A DNA stretch of 64,000 nt from Octopus sinensis (lineage: Eukaryota): positions 99,076,001-99,140,000 of the forward strand of contig NC_043005.1 in assembly GCF_006345805.1 (NCBI RefSeq), given 5' to 3'. The notes beneath the pieces were generated by a model. The model worked only from the letters and a program-made list of their open reading frames with translations. It was not told the DNA's origin and ran no database searches. Made by a program: the position numbers and the translations under genes. Shown here piece after piece: positions 40,431 to 52,271 of this stretch (its first letter is position 1; the number at the start of each line of letters is the position of its first letter).

Positions 40431-40461
<31 letters not shown>

Positions 40462-40825
40462 TTTTTCCTTGTTAACAATTAACATGGTAGCAAGAAATCA
40501 CATAAGTAAAAAGGTTGGTGGTCCAAATGATGGTTTTTAACTCTTATTTCTAGCGGGTAGACACTGTGTGTCCTTTTATTAATGTAATTTTAATTCTATA
40601 TCTATATAATGCTGATTTAGGCCTGCAACCACCTATGTTAATATTAATCACTATAGATATCCATCATTTTCTGTTAAAATGTCTTATTGACGAGTTTCAT
40701 TTCTTCATTTCCCTGAAGAGAAGATTACATTGTTTTACACCATTTTATCCGTTGGAATAATACCAGTGATATCATCGAAACATGTGTCGGAAGTAAAAGA
40801 ATTTGAATGGCACCTGCGTTCCACT

Positions 40826-40828
<3 letters not shown>
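40052..40828 (+). mobile_element. Two tandem ~368-bp units (period 409), each with a type I hammerhead; pseudo-LTR or retrozyme-like
   Basis: 40052-40419 and 40461-40828 look identical except for about one indel and are separated by (TA)n. Confidence 0.85.
40299..40385 (+). ncRNA. Type I hammerhead ribozyme, intact core (copy 2 at 40708-40793)
   Basis: Stem I TTTCC/GGAAG and CTGAAGA core. The 58-nt stem II has GAAGATTACATTG/CAGTGATATCATC plus an inner TTATTCC/GGAATAA hairpin. GAAAC-ATGT-GTC follows, with predicted cleavage after 40380. Confidence 0.75.
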
Positions 40829-40877
<49 letters not shown>

Positions 40878-40878
<1 letters not shown>

Positions 40879-41725
40879 TTTAAACACATAAGAGATCGCC
40901 ATAATAGAGCAGTTAAACTCCAAACCACTAATAGTTGTAATTCTGAAATGGAAAGAGAAATAAAAACGTTTACCCTATCTTTCCTGGACTATGCATAGTT
41001 CTGGCAATCTTTTGTAAATAAAATAAAATTATTTTAATTTACGATTGGCATTGCCATCTTCAGCAGGAAGCCAAGGCTAGCATATAGGCACGAGGTGATA
41101 AGGACCATGCCTCAAGTCTATATGCTATAACTTTTCAAAATCCACCATGCTCGCACGGTTTTTCAGCAGTAAATATAACTGCCGATTTAATTTCAAAATT
41201 AGCTAAAAAGTCCTTTTATCATTAATTAATAATTTTAGGGTAGCAAAAAAATTATTAATTAATGATAAAAGGACTTTTTGGCTAATTTTGAAATTAAATC
41301 GGCAGTTATATTTACTGCTGAAAAACCGTGCGAGCATGGTGGATTTTGAAAAGTTATAGCATATAGACTTGAGGCATGGTCCTTATCATCTCGTGCCTAT
41401 ATGCTAGCCTTGGCTTCCTGCTGAAGATGGCAATGCCAATCGTAAATTAAAATAATTTTATTTTATTTACAAAAGATTGCCAGAACTATGCATAGTCCAG
41501 AAAAGATAGGGTAAACGTTTTTATTTCTCTTTCCATTTCAGAATTACAACTATTAGTGGTTTGGAGTTTAACTGCTCTTTCTAGTGAGTCAGATGTCCTA
41601 TTATGGCCATCTCTTATGTGTTTAAATGTATATTATATAGTCTATTGACTATTTTTTCCTTCTCACTAGACCACTGGTAGCGGAGAATTTTTCTAGAATT
41701 ATTTTGCTACCCTAAAATTATTAAT
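40878..41725. repeat. Giant foldback: arms 40878-41236 and 41248-41627, 11-nt spacer, hammerhead-like fold in each arm
   Basis: The arms differ by about 4 substitutions and one 21-nt indel. The spacer sequence TTTTAGGGTAGCAAAA recurs inverted at ~41702-41720. Confidence 0.93.
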
Positions 41726-41738
41726 ATATATATATAAT

Positions 41739-41785
<47 letters not shown>

Positions 41786-41787
41786 TA

Positions 41788-43889
41788 TGATGGCAATCCC
41801 TCAAGGTCGAGGATGATGGTCTATGCGCAAATTTACTGGTGAGTCTGTAGGTGACCGATAAGACCAATTCTTGCTTGAAAAGATCGGAAGGAAGAGTCGC
41901 ACGTGATTGTTGTTGGCGCTCCTTCCGTCGTCGTCTTTTCTCCTTCAGCTCTGCAGACCTTTTCGAGTCGAAAGTCGCCGTTCCCTCATGGATGATGGTT
42001 TTCCAGAGTGGTCTGTTTTTTGCCGTTTCCTCCCAGTTAGTGAAGTCGATGTCACACTTTTTGAGGTTCGATTTCAGGGAGTCCTTGTAGCGCTTCTTCT
42101 GGCCTCCTTTTGTATGCTTGCCGTCTTTGAGTTGGGAATAGAAAATCTGTTTGGGAAGTCGTTCGTCAGTCATTCTAACCACGTGGCCGCTCCATCTTAG
42201 TTGGCCTTTGATGACATAGGCTTCGATGCTGGTCATTTTTGCTTCTTGTAGCACGCTGACGTTAGTTCTTCTGTCTTCCCAGCTGATGTTAAAGATCTTC
42301 TGAAGACAGCGTTGGTGAAATTTCTCGAGCGTTTTCAGGTGGTGACTATACGGGGTCCAGGTTTCGGATGCGTAAAGGAGGGTTGGAATAATGATTGCCC
42401 TGTACACCATGAGTTTGGTTTCGGTTCGATGTCCCGATCAGCAAAAACTCTTGTTCAAAGCTTGCCAAAAGCTGTTCCTGCACACCTCAGACGGTGTTGG
42501 ATTTCATCGTTGAGGCCTACCTTTGCTGACAGATGGCTCCCAAGGTAGCAGGAATGGTTCACATTTTCCAGTGGAATTCCTTCGAGTTGAATCGATGGCG
42601 GGTTGTCAACACGGGCATTGGGAGGAGGTTGGTAGAGTAAGTGAGTCTTCTTGATGTTGATGATCAGTCCAAGTTTAGTATATGCATGATGAAAAGCATT
42701 TAGGATCTGTTGGAGGTGATCCTCTCTGTAAGCTGCTACACTGTTGTCGTTGGCATATTGGAACTCTAGCAAGCTTCGCGCCATTGTCTTTGACGTACTT
42801 TTGAGGCTAGCGAGGTTGAAAAGCTTGCCGTCCATTCTGCACGAGATCTCGATGCCAAGTGGAAGGTCATCTCGTATGATGTGCAACACTGTCGCGATAA
42901 AGATGGTAAAGAGAGTTGGCGCTATCACACAGCCTTACTTCACTCCGGAGGTGACTTTAAAGGGCTCAGAACTGCCTCCGTCGGTCTGGACTCTGGCGTG
43001 CATATTGTCGTGGAGGAGTTTGAGGATCCAGATGAACTTATCTGGGCATCCATACTGGGCTAGAATATCCCAGAGGAGCTCTCGCGAGACACGATCAAAG
43101 GCTTTGGATAGGTTGATAAAGGCCAAATAGAGCAGTTGGTGTTGCTCACGACAGTTCAAAGGACAACCCGTACCCTGAAGAACCAGTGGTGGAGACACAC
43201 ATCTCATGAAATCCAGCAGCTAGCAGATGTAAACGACACCAGAGGGTTCTTCAAAGCCACAAAAGAAATATACGGACCTTCCACACATGGACAGGCTCCT
43301 CTGAAGAGTACAGACGGAGCGACCATCCTGAAAAGCAACACCGAAATAGGAGACAGATGGAGAGAACATTTCAATGACCTCCTCAATCACAAGGCTACCA
43401 TCGACAAAAGCATACTTGACATGATTCCTAACGAGGCCGAAGATTACTCTCTCGCTCGAATTCCATCCCTCGAAGAGGTCAAAATTGCTATCACAGCGAT
43501 GAAGAACAACAAAGCCGCAGGTCCTGATGGAATCCCAGCTGAGATCTACAAACTGGGAGGTGATTTTGTCCAACACCAGCTCCACCAACTCTTGGTCAAA
43601 ATCTGGACAAATGAAGTTGTACCATCCGACTTCAGGGATGCTAACATCATTACCATTTACAATCGAAAGGGCGATCGTTCTGAGTGTGGAAATTACTGGA
43701 GTATTTCCTTATTAGCAACTGCTGGGAAGATTCTTGCATGCATCCTGAACAACCGTCTCAGAACGCTGTCAGAGAGGATCCTTTCTGAGACACAGACCGG
43801 CTTTAGGCCATCACGAAGCACAACCGACATGATCTTCACGCTGCGACAGCTACAAAAAAATGTTGTGAGCAACACCAACCGCTCTATTT
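41788..43889 (-). mobile_element. RTE (BovB-like) LINE, 5'-truncated with a 5' inversion
   Basis: The minus segment 43153 to 41788 encodes LYLAFINLSKAF, GVK/GCVIAPTLF, YAND and LRWSGHVVRM. The plus segment 43154-43889 encodes the immediately upstream RT part (KAAGPDGIPAE, QTGFRPSRST). Confidence 0.9.
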
Positions 43890-43894
43890 AAATA

Positions 43895-43945
<51 letters not shown>

Positions 43946-44043
43946 GATATATAATAGATATATAATATATATATATATATAATAGATATATATAATATAT
44001 ATATATATAATAGATATATAATATATATATATATATATATAAT

Positions 44044-44128
<85 letters not shown>

Positions 44129-44129
44129 G

Positions 44130-44217
<88 letters not shown>

Positions 44218-44283
44218 GATATATATATATATATATAATATATATATTATATATAATATATATATATAATAATCTATATATAG

Positions 44284-44315
<32 letters not shown>

Positions 44316-44323
44316 TATATATA

Positions 44324-44363
<40 letters not shown>

Positions 44364-44486
44364 TATATATATATATATATATATCTATATTATATATATA
44401 TATATTATATTATATAATATATATATATATATAATATATTATATATATATAATATATAATATATATATATATATATATTAATATAT

Positions 44487-44521
<35 letters not shown>

Positions 44522-44652
44522 TAATATATATAATATAATATATATATATATATATAATATAATATATCTATATATATATATATATAATATTATATATAAT
44601 ATATATATATATATAATATATATAATATATATAATATATATTATATATATAA

Positions 44653-44694
<42 letters not shown>

Positions 44695-44779
44695 ATAGAT
44701 ATATAATTATATATATATATAAAGATATATAATTATATATATATATATAATAGATATATAATATTATATATATAAAGAT

Positions 44780-44831
<52 letters not shown>

Positions 44832-44860
44832 ATAGATATAATATATATATATATATAAAG

Positions 44861-44895
<35 letters not shown>
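43890..44895. repeat. ~1-kb degenerate (TA)n tract with TAATAGATA variants
   Basis: Direct inspection. Confidence 0.95.
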
Positions 44896-44896
<1 letters not shown>

Positions 44897-44899
<3 letters not shown>

Positions 44900-45645
44900 A
44901 TTTATCGATCAGTCTCACGCCTCGTAGATATAGAATAAATGTATTTATAATTTATAGCTCTTTATCGTTCACGCTTCTCCCATAGATTAGGCAAATTTAG
45001 GTATTTTAGATACTAATAACTATTTCTCTCCCAAGGAAGGAAGAATGGCTGCCGGCCGGTTCTTGGCGGGGCACGACCCCCTTCCTCGTTCCTCTTCAAT
45101 TGTCTTATATCTCTTCGATCGCCATTCGCTCCCCTCTCCGCCACCCTATATGCATATAAACCAGCGACTGTTTTAACGGCCTCACTTGAATTCAAACTGT
45201 TATCCGACTCCCTACGAAAAATACGAAATACGAAAAATGAATCCAAGCTAAGCAATCTATATTTAATTTCAACCCGTGTACCTACTTAACTATCTGCACT
45301 GATCTGATCTTTTAGTTAGCCCTGTTTTATCTCTATTAGTATTATTGTTATGACTTGTGAAATTTAGCCTCACGCCTTGTGTCCTTTTTTTATATGTACA
45401 TATAATTCTATAGTTCATCTTAATTATATATCGTTGTCTCATGTCTTGTGTTAAATATATATTTAATCTAAAAGCTTGCCCCTAATTTTATTTATCGATC
45501 AGTCTCACGCTCGTAGATATAGAATAAATGTATTTATAATTTATAGCTCTTTATCGTTCACGCTTCTCCCATAGATTAGGCAAATTTAGGTATTTATAGC
45601 TACTAATAACTATTTCTCTCCTAAGAAAGGATGGCTGCCGGCCGG
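44897..45645. repeat. A-B-A structure: ~160-bp direct repeats (44897-45060 and 45487-45645) upstream of the RTE
   Basis: TTTATTTATCGATCAGTCTCACGC...GGCTGCCGGCCGGTT occurs twice, ~590 bp apart, and is CpG-rich. Confidence 0.85.
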
Positions 45646-45649
45646 TTTT

Positions 45650-48600
45650 CGCGGTTCACCCGCCTCCCACCCCACCACCGGTACACCCCGCCCCTCCCAC
45701 CCCACCACCGGTACACCCGCCCTCCCACCCCCCCACCGGTACACCCGCCCTCCCACCCCACCACCGGTACAGGAAGTCCTAATTTTCTCATCCTTGTCTC
45801 CCTTATACACTTCAAAGTCTTACGCCACCCCCACCTCCTTCCATAAAAGGTAGTGGTCAGTCATTGCAAGATATGTTTAGTGTTGTGTACGAGGTTTGAA
45901 CTTAAGTTCTATTGTTTGTCTATGAATACTGCCAAACGCGAGTTCTCTTTTCAGGTCCATGACGCATTAGGACCAATACCACTTCCACCACCCACCCACC
46001 CACAGCCTCAGGGTTGCACCCTCAAAGGCAGATCTGGTGAGATAGTTGAATTGCTTGAACGGAGGTGGGTTGATATATGCTGCATTCAAGAAGTGAGGTG
46101 GAGAGGAGGTTCTGCTAGGTTCCTCACAGGCAAAGGACAGAGGTACAAGATTTTCTGGGCTGGGAATACTGACGGAGTCGGGGGTGTGGGCATGCTTATC
46201 GCCGAAAAATGGTAGATAAGGTAATCGAGGTAGTCAGAGTAAGTGACAGAATAATTAAGATTAGATTAGTGCTCCATCATAGTTTAGCAACTATTATATC
46301 GGCCTATGCCCCTCAGCCAGGGCTACTGGTGGACAGAAAGACTGTTTCTATGACACCCTACTGCAGACCACATCATTGACGAACGACAGGGACCTTCTCT
46401 TTGTGGCTGGTGACTTCAATGGGCATGTTGGACGATGTGCTGGGGGCTTCCATGGCGTGCATGGAGGCTATGGTTATGGTTCCCGCAACGAGGAGGGAAC
46501 CAGGCTGCTGGAGTTCTGCGATGCGAATAGTCTTATGATTTGCAACACTAACTTCAGGAAACCGACAAGCCACCTGGTCACCTACCGATCGGGCCGGCAT
46601 ACTAGCCAAATCGACTACATCCTTGCCAGAAAAAGGGAAAGATGGTGCTTATAAATGCCAAAACCTTCCCAGGTGAAGAATGCACCCCACAACATAGACT
46701 GGTAGTTAGTGACTTTAGGATCAGGACTAAGAGGGCGACTAGAAGACGACCAACATGGAGAAGAAGGGTCTGGAAGCTTAAAGACCCTGTGAATGGACAG
46801 AGATTTAGAGATATGTTATTTGAAGCCTTAGACGAAATGGAAGGGAGTATAGCTACGCATGGGTAGAAGACAACTGGACGCTTCTGAGGGACAACCTGCT
46901 GAAAGCCGCTGACCAGATCTGTGGCTGGTGCAAAGTCCCCTTAAGACCCAAAATAACGTGGTGGTGGAACAATATTGTTGACAGGGCTATTAGACAAAAG
47001 AAACAGGCTTGGAAGGCCTGGAAGAACGGTGGTAGCAGGGAAGTGTATCAGTCTGCCAGAAGGGAAGCCAGGAGACGGTCTATCTAGCCAGAGGGGAGGC
47101 AGATAAGGAAAAATTTGCCAATGTCCTGCGTCGTGAGGATGAAAGACTTGAGGTATTTCGTGTTGCAAGACAGTGTGTGAGAGAGAATCGTGACGTGGTA
47201 GGAGAGAAATGTGTTCGCAAGGATGACGGTTCACTTGCGCTTAATGAGGATGCAAAGAGAGAGGCTTGGAGACGCCACTATGATAGGTTGCTGAATGAAG
47301 AAAATGAATGGGATAAAGAGAGTCTGCCGAATGTCGACCCAACAAAGGGACCAGCAATCCGAGTTAACAGTTCCTAGTAGATAAGGCAATTAGAAGCATG
47401 AAAACAGGGAAAGCCCAGGCCCATCAGGAATTACTGCAGAGATGCTCAAAATCTGGTGGTGTCGGCTGTAGCTTAGTCCACCCGTATAGTTAACCAGGTG
47501 ATACACGAGGGGTCATACCCAATGACTGGTGTAGCAGCATAATAGTCAACTGCTACAAAGGTAAAGGCGACGCCCTAGAGACAAATAACTACAGGGGCAT
47601 CAAGCTGCTGGATCAGGTAATGAAGGTTACGGAGAGAGGGTTATAGCCCAACTAATTAGAGAGAGAGTTAGCTTAGATGATATGCAGTTTGGGTTCGTGC
47701 CAGGGAAAAGTACTACTGATGCTATATTCCTGGTAAGACAGCTGCAGGAGAAATACCTAGCCAAAGATAAGCCCTTGTACCTGGCTTTTGTTGACTTGGA
47801 GAGAAAGCCTTTGACAGGGTCCCCCGATCCCTTATCTGGTGGTCAATGAGGAAACTAGGATAGAAGAATGGTTGGTGAGAGCTGTGCAAGCCATGTACAG
47901 AGACGCTGCTAGTAAGGTGAGGGTTGGCAACGAGTACAGTGAAGAATTCGGGTAGAGGTTGGGGTCCACCAAGGTTCAGTCCTCAGTCCCCTCCTATTTA
48001 TCATAGTCCTCCAGGCAATAACGGAGGAATTAAGACAGGTTGCCCCTGGGAGCTCCCTATATGCTGATGACCTTGCTCTAATTGCTGAGTCACTATCAGA
48101 ACTGGAGGAGAAGTTTCAGGTGTGGAAACAAGGATTAGAATCGAAGGGCCTTAGAATCAACCTAGCCAAAACCAAAGTCCTAATAAGTAGGAAGGTAGAT
48201 CAATCACATACGCCTTCAGGTAGATGGCCTGCTCGATCTGTAAAAAAGGGTGTAGGTAGAAACTCTATAAGATGCACCAAGTGTAAGCTATGGACACATA
48301 AGAGGTGCAGCAATGTCAAAGGAAGGCTAACTAGGAAAATAGTTTTTTGTCTGTGGCAAATGCTCAGGAGCAATAAACACTGGAAATGTGCAGAGACCAA
48401 CTTCTACCACGTTCCAGGGAGACAAACTAGAAGTAGTTGATAGCTTCCGCTACCTAGGGACCAAGTCAGTAGCGGGGTGGGTGTGCTGAAAGTGTAACTG
48501 CTAGAGTAAGAATAGCCTGGGCAAAGTTTAGAGAGCTCTTACCCCTGCTGGTGACAAAAGGCCTCTCGCTCAGAGTAAAAGGCAGACTGTATGATGCATG

Positions 48601-49130
48601 TGTACGTACAGCCATGCTACATGGTAGTGAAACATGGGCCGTGACTGCTGAGGATATGCGTAAGCTCGCAAGAAATGAAGCCAGTATGCTCCGATGGATG
48701 TGTAATGTCAGTGTCATAATCGTCAGAGTGTAAGTTCCTTGAGAGAAAAGTTGAACCTAAGAAGCGTCAGTTGTGGTGTGCAAGAGAGACGTTTGCGCTG
48801 GTATGGTCATGTGAGAGAATGGCTGAAGATAGTTGTGTGCAAAAGTGCTACACCCTAGCAGTTGAGGAACCTGTGGAAGAGGTAGACCAGGAAAACCTGG
48901 GACGAGGTGGTGAAGCACGACCTTCGAACTTTAGGTCTCACTAAGGAAATGTCTAGAGACCGAGACCTATGGAAGTATGCTGTGCGTGAGAAGACCCGGG
49001 CAAGACTAGTCAGGCCATAACCCGTGGCCCTACCTGGGACATAGTCAGTCCTGTGCATATCTTCCTTCTTGTGACACTTATGAAGACCTGTTGAGGCAAG
49101 TGAAAATCAAATCAAAACAAATCAAAATAG
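45650..49130 (+). mobile_element. Near full-length RTE-clade LINE (APE endonuclease plus RT), frameshifted in this sequence
   Basis: DICCIQEVRWRG, VAGDFNGHVG, NEEGTRLLEFC, SQIDYIL, PQHRLVV, QFGFVPGKSTTDAIF, LYADDLAL and LYDACVRTAMLHGSETW. The ORF ends EKTRQD*, followed by an (AATCA)n tail. A ~28-bp C-rich tandem lies at 45655-45770. Confidence 0.92.
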
Positions 49131-51410
49131 ATGAACATCAGTGGAATTGTATTCTTTGTGGTACCAGTGCCGGTGGCACACAAGAAAACCACCCAAACGT
49201 GGCCTAGCCAGTACCGCATCGACTGGCCTCCGTGCTGTGGGCACAACAAACACATCGATCGTGGCCGTTCGCCAGCCTCATCTGGCACCTGTGCGGTGGC
49301 ACATAACAAAAGACACCATCCGAAGACCCGGCGACGTAGTCAGTCCACCTGTGCATACCTTCCCTCTTATGACACTTGTGAAGACCTGTTGAGGCAAGTG
49401 TGTGACACTGTGAAGACCTGTTGAGGCAGAGCAAGTGTGTGACACTTGTGGAGACCTGTTGAGCAAGTGTGTGACATTGTGAAGACCTGTTGAGGCAGTG
49501 AAAATCAAAATCAAAATCAAACCAAATAGAATAGAAACATCAATGGAATTTGTATCTTTGTGGTTCCAGTACGGTGGCACACAAGAAAACCATCCGAACG
49601 TGGCCGTAGCCAGTACCGCATCGACTGGCCTCCGTGCTGTGGGCACAACACACACCATCCGATCGTGGCCGTTCGCCAGCCTCATCTGGCACTGTGTCGG
49701 TGGCACATAAAAAGAACCATCCGAAGACCGGCGACGTAGTCGTCCACCTGTGCATACCTTCCCTCTTATGACACTTGTGAAGACCTGTTGAGGCAAGTGT
49801 GTGACACTTGTGAAGACCTGTTGATGCAGAGAGAGAGGCAAGTGTGTGACACTTGTGGAGACCTGTTGAGGCAAGTGTGTGACACTTGTGAAGACCTGTT
49901 GAGGCAAGTGAAAATCAAATCAATCAACCAAATCAAAATAGATGAACATCAATGGAATTTGTATCTTTGTGGTTCCAGTACCGGTGGCAAACACAAGAAA
50001 ACCATCCGAACGTGGCCGCAGCCAGTACCGCATCGACTGGCCTCCGTGCTGGGGCAGGCACATAAAAAACACCATCCGAAGACCGGCGAGTAGTCAGTCC
50101 ACCTGTGCATACCTTCCTACTTATGACACTTGTGAAGACCTGTTGAGGCAAGTGTGTGACACCTACTTATGACACTTGTGAAGACCTGTTGAGGCAAGTG
50201 TGTGACACGTGTGTAGACCTGTTGAGGCAAGTGAAAATCAAATCAAATCAAATCAAACCAAATCAAAATAGATGAACATCAATGGAATTTGTATCTTTGT
50301 GGTACCAGTACCGTTGGCACACAAGAAAACCATCCGAACGTGGCCGTAGCCAGTACTGCATCGACTGGCCTCTGTGACGTGGGCACATAACAAACACCAT
50401 CCGATCGTGGCCGTTCGCGCCAGCCTCATCTGGCACCTGTGTCGGTGGCCATAAAAACACCAACCGAAGACCCGGCAAGACTAGTCAGGCCATAACCCGG
50501 GCCCCTACTTGGGAGTAGTCAGTCCCCTGGGCATACCTTCCTTCCGTCCTGTGACACTTGTGAAGACCTGTTGAGGCAAGTGAAAATCAAATCAAATCAA
50601 ATCAAAATGGATGAACATCAAGGAATTTGTATCTTGTGGTACCAGTGCCGTGGCACACAAGAAAAACCATCTGAACGTGGCCGTAGCCAGTACCGCATCG
50701 ACTGGCCTCCGTGCTGTGGGCACGTAACAACACCATCCGATCGTGGCCGTTCGCCAGCCTATCTGGCACCTGTGTCGGTGCACATAAAAACACCATCCGA
50801 AGACCTGGCCAAAGACTAGTCAGGCCATAAACCCGAGGCCCCTACCTGGGAAGTTAGTCAGTCCACCTGTGCATACTTCCTTCTTGTGACACTTGTGAAA
50901 ACCTGTTGAGCGCAAGTGAAAATCAAATCAAACAAATCAAAGTCGATAAACATCAATGGAATTGTATCTTGCTTGGTACCAGTGCCAGTGGCACACAAGA
51001 AAATCATCCGAACGTGGCCGTAGCCAGTACCGCATAGACTGGCCTCCGTGCTTTGGGACGTAAAAACACCATCCGATCGTGGCCGTCCGCAGCCTCATCT
51101 GGCACCTGTGGTCGTGGTTGGCACATAAAAACACCATCCGAGCGTGGCCGTCTGCCAGCCTCGTCTGGAACTGTGTCGGTGGCACATAAAAAACCCATCC
51201 GAGCGTGGCCGTTCGCCAGCCTCGTCTGGCACCTGTGTCGGTGGCACATAAAATCACCCATACACTCTCGGAGTGGTTGCGTTAGGAAGGGCATCCAGCT
51301 GTAGAAACACTGCCAGATCTGACGGCCTGGGGCAGCCTTCGGGCTCCCCAGACCCCAGTTGAACGTCCAACCCATGCTAGCATGGAAAACGGACGCTAAA
51401 TGATGATGAT
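49130..51410 (+). repeat. Six-unit concatemer of a SINE-C-like body plus RTE 3' tail, ending in a complete family C 3' end
   Basis: GATGAACATCAATGGAATT-type unit starts at ~49130, 49534, 49941, 50271, 50610 and 50945. The first five units end in CACTTGTGAA(G/A)ACCTGTTGAG..CAAGTGAAAATC(AAATC)n. Confidence 0.9.
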
Positions 51411-51771
51411 GAGAGATATATATATATATATAATAGATATATAATATATATATATATATATATAATAATAGATATATAATATATATATATATATAATAGA
51501 TATATATATATATAGATATATATAGATATATTAATATATATATATATATAATTAGAATATATAATATATATATATATATAATATAATATAATATATATGG
51601 ATTTCAGTATATTGGCTTTAGAAAACTTTCTTTAGCCTTTGCTATGAGGATATTTATATATATATTATATATATATAAATATATATATAATATATATATA
51701 ATATATATATATATATTTATATATAATATAACGGATGTTAAATGATGATGATGATGATGATATTTATATAT

Positions 51772-52190
51772 CATGTCCCAAACTTTGGCATCAAAGAGTT
51801 ACACAAAATGCCAGAACTGGGCGCACACTGGTGGTGCTAGGACTCCAAATATGCATCAAGATGTAGGACAAGATACTGTGATAGCCTGGGCTTCCGAGGC
51901 CCACAAAGCTCTTCAATATCCTCCCGAAGAACCTAAGAGACCTGCATGGGGTGGATGCAGATGTCTTTAAAAAGAACTGGATTTCTTTGTCAGGTATCCC
52001 AGATGAACCAACTTCACGGCAGGAGGTGCAGATGAGGGCAGCTGCATCGAAAACTCTCTCATGCACCAAATGCAGTTGCTAAAAAGCATTCGTGAAGGAA
52101 AAACCATGTAGCAACACCAAATGGCGGTCCTTGCCCAGCATGGCCACAGCTTGTGAGCTGAAACTAGAATCAATCAATCAATCAATATAT
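51772..52190 (+). mobile_element. CR1/L2-group LINE 3' fragment with (AATC)n tail
   Basis: Piecing frames together gives CRTRYCDSLGFRGPQLFNILP.EPKRPAW/LRDLHGVDADVFKKELD and SGIPDEPTSRQEVQMRAAASN. The tail is AATCAATCAATC. Confidence 0.6.
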
Positions 52191-52219
52191 ATAATATAAT
52201 GGACGTTAAACGATGATGA

Positions 52220-52271
<52 letters not shown>

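Noticed and set aside
45040-45100. HDV-like ribozyme suggested by GGCCGG and TTCCTCG near the RTE 5' end
   Set aside because: P3 and P1 partners could not be placed, so the pseudoknot does not close.
49370-49900. ~30-bp direct repeats resembling a CRISPR array
   Set aside because: The repeats are contiguous without unique spacers, the context is eukaryotic, there are no cas genes, and the unit is the RTE 3' hairpin.
49131-51375. Overlapping ORFs of 70-209 aa across the concatemer
   Set aside because: They arise from GC-rich tandem repeats and are open in many frames on both strands, with no recognisable motif.
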